NCBI GenBank assembly: GCA_964518565.1
Contig: CAZFGX010000001.1
Span: 75,046-139,045 of the forward strand
Reading direction: 5' to 3'
Length of the DNA stretch: 64,000 nucleotides
Source of the DNA: an uncultured Gammaproteobacteria bacterium
GTDB lineage: Bacteria; Patescibacteriota; Microgenomatia; CAZETR01; Amesbacteraceae
Shown: positions 59,957 to 64,000 of the stretch, one piece after another
How positions within the stretch are numbered: the first letter of the stretch is position 1
Layout of the letters: the number at the start of each line of letters is the position of its first letter
The notes under the pieces: model-generated
Seen by the model: the letters and a program-made list of their open reading frames with translations, nothing else
The model's database searches: none
What the model was told of the DNA's origin: nothing
Program-made: the position numbers and the translations under genes

Positions 59957-61354
59957 ATGAACCGCACACTCATCAAAGAAACTATTCACAATATTGGCAA
60001 TCAACTGACCTTATATGGCTGGGTGGATACAAAGCGTGACCATGGAAAAATTACCTTCATTGATTTGCGTGATTACACTGGCAAGGTTCAGTGTGTCGGA
60101 TATCAAAAAATGCAGGAGCTGTCCACTGAGTCAGTAATAAAAATTACTGGTTTAGTCAAAAAACGTCCAGATAATATGATAAATCCCAACTTAGAAACTG
60201 GCACAGTAGAAATTGATGTACAAGAATATGAAATTCTCAACAAAGCCAAAGAATTACCAATTCAAGTTGCGGGTGATGGAAAAGACATAAGCGAAGAACC
60301 CAGGCTACGTTATCGTTATTTAGATCTCCGACGAGAACGTATGCAAAAAATAATGCGCATGCGTTCTGATTTTGTTCGAAGTATTCGTGACTCTTTATAT
60401 ACAAAAAACTTTGTTGAGGTAGAGACGCCCATTCTTACAAAATCCACAAAAGAAGGTTCACGTGATTTTCTGGTTCCTTCTCGATTCCAGCCTGGGAAAT
60501 TCTATGCCTTGCCTCAGAGCCCTCAGCAATACAAACAACTTTTAATGACTGCAGGCATAGAACGGTATTTTCAAATTGCTAAATGTGTTCGAGATGAGGA
60601 TTTGCGTGCAGATCGTGGATTTGAATTTACCCAACTTGATTTAGAAATGAGCTTTGTCACTCAACGTGAAGAAGTTATGTCCACAGTTGAATCTGTAGTC
60701 AAACAAGCAGTTTCCAATGTGGGTGGAAAAATGCGCTCAGGAGATTTTCCGGTCATCAGTTACCAAGATGCAATCCAAAAATACGGTGCAGACAAGTTTG
60801 ATGTTCGTACAGAAGAAGAAAAAAAGCAAAACATATTAGCCTTCACTTGGGTGATAGATTTTCCCTTCTTCAAAAAAGTGGATAAATCAGATATCGCTGA
60901 AGTTCGCGACGGAAAAAGTGGTTGGACATTTACTCACAACCCTTTCAGTCGACCGATTGATGCTCACAAAGACTGGCATATGAAAGCAGAAAATATTGAT
61001 CAAATTATTACCGCCCAATACGACTTAGTGTGTAATGGATTTGAAGTGGGAGGAGGAAGTATACGAGCACATGAACCTGAACTATTGAAAGCAACTATGA
61101 AAATAATGGGGTATATAGATAACGAAATTGAAGAAAGTATTGGTCATATGTTAGAAGCTTTTGAACTGGGTACCCCTCCACATGGAGGAATCGCATTGGG
61201 CATAGATAGACTTGTAATGTTGTTGGCTAATGAAGTGTCTCTAAAAGAAGCAATTGCTTTCCCTATGACATCTACTGGTCGAACGTCTGTCATGGACGCT
61301 CCCTCCACTGTCACTTCGGATCAGTTAAAAGAGTTAGGGCTTAAACTTAGTTAG
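59957..61354 (+). CDS. aspS: Aspartate-tRNA ligase (short, no GAD insertion; possibly non-discriminating).
   Basis: Class IIb motifs FQPGKFYALPQSPQQYKQLLM and GFEVGGGSIRAHEPEL. N-terminal OB-fold anticodon-binding domain. Confidence 0.85.
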   Translation: MNRTLIKETIHNIGNQLTLYGWVDTKRDHGKITFIDLRDYTGKVQCVGYQKMQELSTESVIKITGLVKKRPDNMINPNLETGTVEIDVQEYEILNKAKELPIQVAGDGKDISEEPRLRYRYLDLRRERMQKIMRMRSDFVRSIRDSLYTKNFVEVETPILTKSTKEGSRDFLVPSRFQPGKFYALPQSPQQYKQLLMTAGIERYFQIAKCVRDEDLRADRGFEFTQLDLEMSFVTQREEVMSTVESVVKQAVSNVGGKMRSGDFPVISYQDAIQKYGADKFDVRTEEEKKQNILAFTWVIDFPFFKKVDKSDIAEVRDGKSGWTFTHNPFSRPIDAHKDWHMKAENIDQIITAQYDLVCNGFEVGGGSIRAHEPELLKATMKIMGYIDNEIEESIGHMLEAFELGTPPHGGIALGIDRLVMLLANEVSLKEAIAFPMTSTGRTSVMDAPSTVTSDQLKELGLKLS

Positions 61355-61387
61355 TATAATAGTGATCCAACCAAGTAAAATAGCTTC

Positions 61388-62392
61388 ATGACCAAAGGTT
61401 TTATCCGTCGATATCTCAAATTGTTACCTCAGCGTGCTGGTAGTAGTTTGCGTCCCCATCTTCTTCCTATTTCAGCCGTAGCTATACTAATTATTCTCAC
61501 ATTATTTGGTTTAGCCAGTTTGCCACAAACACAAAAACAAATATCTAGTGCTCCAACGTCAGGGGCTACTCCATCTACATCTAAATCAAAAATTACCCAG
61601 CTCACATCCATACCAGTCGATATGTCCCGTGTCCCTGTTTTATCAGCCAAAAATGTTTTCATCATGGATTTGCATACCAATCAAGTCCTATACCAAAAAA
61701 ATGCCGATGAACAAATTTACCCTGCTTCAACAACTAAAATCACTACTGCCCTCGTCGTTTTAAACCATTTTAATTTACAAGATACAATTGTCGTAGACAA
61801 AGCTTACCCCGAAGGTCAAACAATCGGTGTACAACCAGGTGAAAAATTTACCGTTGAAAATTTGCTGTATGCCTTACTCATCCAGTCTGCCAATGATGTC
61901 GCCGAAGTATTTGCTCAGGCGTATCCTGGCGGTAGACCTGCATTTGTTACGGAGATGAATAAAACAGTTACCGATCTAGGTTTACAGCATACCTATTTCA
62001 AAAATCCTACTGGGTTAGATGAAGAGGGCCACTTTAGTAGCGCAGCGGACCTGTCACGCCTGGCTGCACAAGCAATGCGCAATCCATTGTTTAAACGAAT
62101 CGTTTCAACTGAAAATTCCATTATAGACACCCAAGATCACCAACAATCATTTATTTTGACCAATACCAATGAACTTTTGGGTAAAATCCCTGGCGTATTA
62201 GGGGTAAAAACTGGGTTCACTGAAAAAGCTGGCGAGTCACTCATTAGTGAAGTAGATCGTGACAATAAAAATGTTCTGATTGCCATCTTAGGTAGCCAAG
62301 ACAGATTTGGAGATACTCATAAACTAATAAACTGGCTATATTCTGACTCTAGTACTACTGCGTCGGTATCGGGCTCGTTGGGGTCTCAGTAA
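61388..62392 (+). CDS. D-alanyl-D-alanine carboxypeptidase (S11 family, PBP5/6-like).
   Basis: N-terminal TM anchor. SxxK (ASTTK), SxN (SAND) and KTG (VKTGFT) motifs. Confidence 0.75.
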   Translation: MTKGFIRRYLKLLPQRAGSSLRPHLLPISAVAILIILTLFGLASLPQTQKQISSAPTSGATPSTSKSKITQLTSIPVDMSRVPVLSAKNVFIMDLHTNQVLYQKNADEQIYPASTTKITTALVVLNHFNLQDTIVVDKAYPEGQTIGVQPGEKFTVENLLYALLIQSANDVAEVFAQAYPGGRPAFVTEMNKTVTDLGLQHTYFKNPTGLDEEGHFSSAADLSRLAAQAMRNPLFKRIVSTENSIIDTQDHQQSFILTNTNELLGKIPGVLGVKTGFTEKAGESLISEVDRDNKNVLIAILGSQDRFGDTHKLINWLYSDSSTTASVSGSLGSQ

Positions 62393-63482
62393 CTGGCGCG
62401 GCTGTAGGAGAAGGTGAATTCACATAATCATGGCTTATTGCAGGTACATAAGCTTTAAATGCTCCATCTCCTTCAAATACATAGACTGGCTGTAAAAAAC
62501 CTTGCGGATCACTTGATTCGTAATATGCTAAATATGCCAAACGGACAATTACCTTTGGTCCAGCTTTTCTAGCTATATACCCCTGTCCTTGTAACAATTC
62601 ATCCCATGCTTGGCTAATCGGACGTAGTGGGTAAGTCGCAAAATCATTATCCAAAGTAGGTGAAAATTGGTAGGACAATTGAGCAACTCGTTGAGCCCCT
62701 GTATTTGGATCTCTTACACCACTAAACAACACACTTACAGGCGATGTGTCTCCACCTCCTGTAACTACTGGCATAGTATCTTTGTTTGGTCTAAAAAAAT
62801 CTACCCGGGTAAAATTTGCCTGATAAGGAGTATCGATCGGAGTAATTGCCGAACCCGAGGCTACCAAATACAATACTTTAGGATCCCCTGAAGCAAGTTC
62901 CGAGGTCAAAAGACCCATTCGAGTCAATAAACTTCTACTGCTGGCAATTGCTTCAGCTGTTTGCGGTACTTCATGACTGCTATAAATTTTCGGTTCGGTT
63001 GTCCAGTCCCATCGGTAAGCTACTGTCCCCGTAATAATGTTAAACACAATTTCTGCTGGCAAGCTCGGATGGACAAATTTATATGTCTGTTCATCTAAGG
63101 GAATTAGATCATTACTAAACCCTAATACCCCAGCTTGTTGTCGCAGTTTATCAAGGCTGACCAGACGTGCCTTGTTTACACCTACTACATATACTTTTGC
63201 TACACTTACTAAGCTTGGTAGTCCACCTTGAATTGTTTCCAATTTATACTCAGGCGTCACGTCAGTATCTTTAGAGGGAAAAACGATTTCAGGCAACTTT
63301 CCATATTTAACCGTTGGGGCAGGAGGTGGAGCTGGATGTGTTTGAGCCCAATACTTTTTTGCCAGCGCAATAGCTCCAGGAATTAGCATTAGTACTACCA
63401 GACCAACTGCTCCAAATTTAATTGCTTTGCGCGAAATTGCCGATACTTCAGTCAAAGTAGCCATGTAGCCCAATTTTACCAC
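62355..63482 (-). CDS. Hypothetical membrane-anchored extracytoplasmic protein (375 aa).
   Basis: N-terminal TM (FGAVGLVVLMLIPGAIALA). Pro-rich segment. No recognisable family. Convergently overlaps the dacA-like gene by about 38 nt. Confidence 0.45.
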   Translation of the reverse strand: MVKLGYMATLTEVSAISRKAIKFGAVGLVVLMLIPGAIALAKKYWAQTHPAPPPAPTVKYGKLPEIVFPSKDTDVTPEYKLETIQGGLPSLVSVAKVYVVGVNKARLVSLDKLRQQAGVLGFSNDLIPLDEQTYKFVHPSLPAEIVFNIITGTVAYRWDWTTEPKIYSSHEVPQTAEAIASSRSLLTRMGLLTSELASGDPKVLYLVASGSAITPIDTPYQANFTRVDFFRPNKDTMPVVTGGGDTSPVSVLFSGVRDPNTGAQRVAQLSYQFSPTLDNDFATYPLRPISQAWDELLQGQGYIARKAGPKVIVRLAYLAYYESSDPQGFLQPVYVFEGDGAFKAYVPAISHDYVNSPSPTAAPVTETPTSPIPTQ

Positions 63483-63504
63483 CCAAAATGGTAAAATTTA
63501 AACC

Positions 63505-64000
63505 ATGACTCGAACTAGGTTTGCCCCATCACCAACTGGATTTTTACATATTGGGGGTCTTCGCACAGCCGCCTATGCCTATGCATTGGCCAAGCATGAT
63601 AATGGCGAGTTTTTGTTGCGTATCGAAGATACAGATCAAAAACGCGAAGTTGCTGGTGCGAGAGAAAAAATTCACGAAATTCTCAAAATATGCGGACTCA
63701 ATTGGGATGCAGAAACCGTCCAGTCTGTACGCGCTCGAGAAGGTTTGTATGCCCAAGCTGCAAATAAATTACTGGTTTCAGGTTACGCCTTTTATTGTCA
63801 GTGTGAGGGTAGAAATGCCAAAACCGATGGCTATTCCAACCAATTACGCGACCCTTGTCGGGACAAACATTTTACTTCTGGCGCCATCAAGCTAAAGATT
63901 CCAGACAACCAAACGGTCTCATATCATGATTTTGTTTTAGACAAAGACATATCTTGGGAAACAAACACCTTATCAGATACTGTTTTACTCAAATCAGATG
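63505..64000 (+). CDS. gltX: Glutamate-tRNA ligase, 5' part (truncated by the window end).
   Basis: MTRTRFAPSPTGFLHIGGLRTAAYAYALAK (HIGH motif). The ORF stays open to the window edge and is not in the track for that reason. Confidence 0.85.
   Translation, partial: MTRTRFAPSPTGFLHIGGLRTAAYAYALAKHDNGEFLLRIEDTDQKREVAGAREKIHEILKICGLNWDAETVQSVRAREGLYAQAANKLLVSGYAFYCQCEGRNAKTDGYSNQLRDPCRDKHFTSGAIKLKIPDNQTVSYHDFVLDKDISWETNTLSDTVLLKSD

Noticed and set aside
1-64000. CRISPR arrays, rRNA genes, transposases/integrases, prophage structural genes.
   Set aside because: No regularly spaced direct repeats, no 16S/23S/5S-like conserved blocks, and no DDE/tyrosine recombinase-like ORFs were seen anywhere in the window.

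Overview
The window reads as a mostly housekeeping stretch of a small-genome, Gram-positive-type bacterium. Gene content and the compact proteins (467-aa IF-2, 613-aa AlaRS, RNase J/Y, sortase, an RNase P RNA of about 258 nt) are consistent with a Candidate Phyla Radiation / Saccharibacteria-like organism, but that assignment is inference only. Coding density is high, mostly on the + strand. Main blocks: fusA (-, runs off the window start); an exopolysaccharide-type locus (-); a DnaJ-like gene; nusA-infB-NrnA-like-rpsO-pnp; a Lon-derived ATPase-MPP-UDG-RNase J-FtsK-RodZ block; alaS; mltG-rpoB-rpoC-rpsL-rpsG-rpsD-rpoA-rplQ-rplM-rpsI; recA-recX-rny-hup-miaA; secD-secF; cca (-); recJ-rel-aspS-dacA; gltX (partial, runs off the window end). 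Non-coding RNAs: a tRNA-Pro(GGG) with encoded CCA at 41151-41224 (+) and a minimal RNase P RNA at about 49726-49983 (-). The most unusual content: (1) a low-GC two-gene cassette (8499-10112, -) encoding a protein with five tandem zinc-ribbon repeats plus an uncharacterised 264-aa partner, wedged between the DnaJ-like gene and nusA; (2) a polysaccharide locus in which a processive GT2 synthase sits next to a single 845-aa protein fusing a PMT/ArnT-like membrane domain to a GH8 glycoside hydrolase; (3) a Lon-derived AAA+ ATPase lacking both the N-terminal and protease domains; (4) a low-GC ITPase gene inserted right after the tRNA-Pro; (5) ribosomal/RNAP gene order with the whole fusA-tuf-S10-spc block missing between rpsG and rpsD. 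No CRISPR arrays, rRNA genes or obvious transposases were seen.
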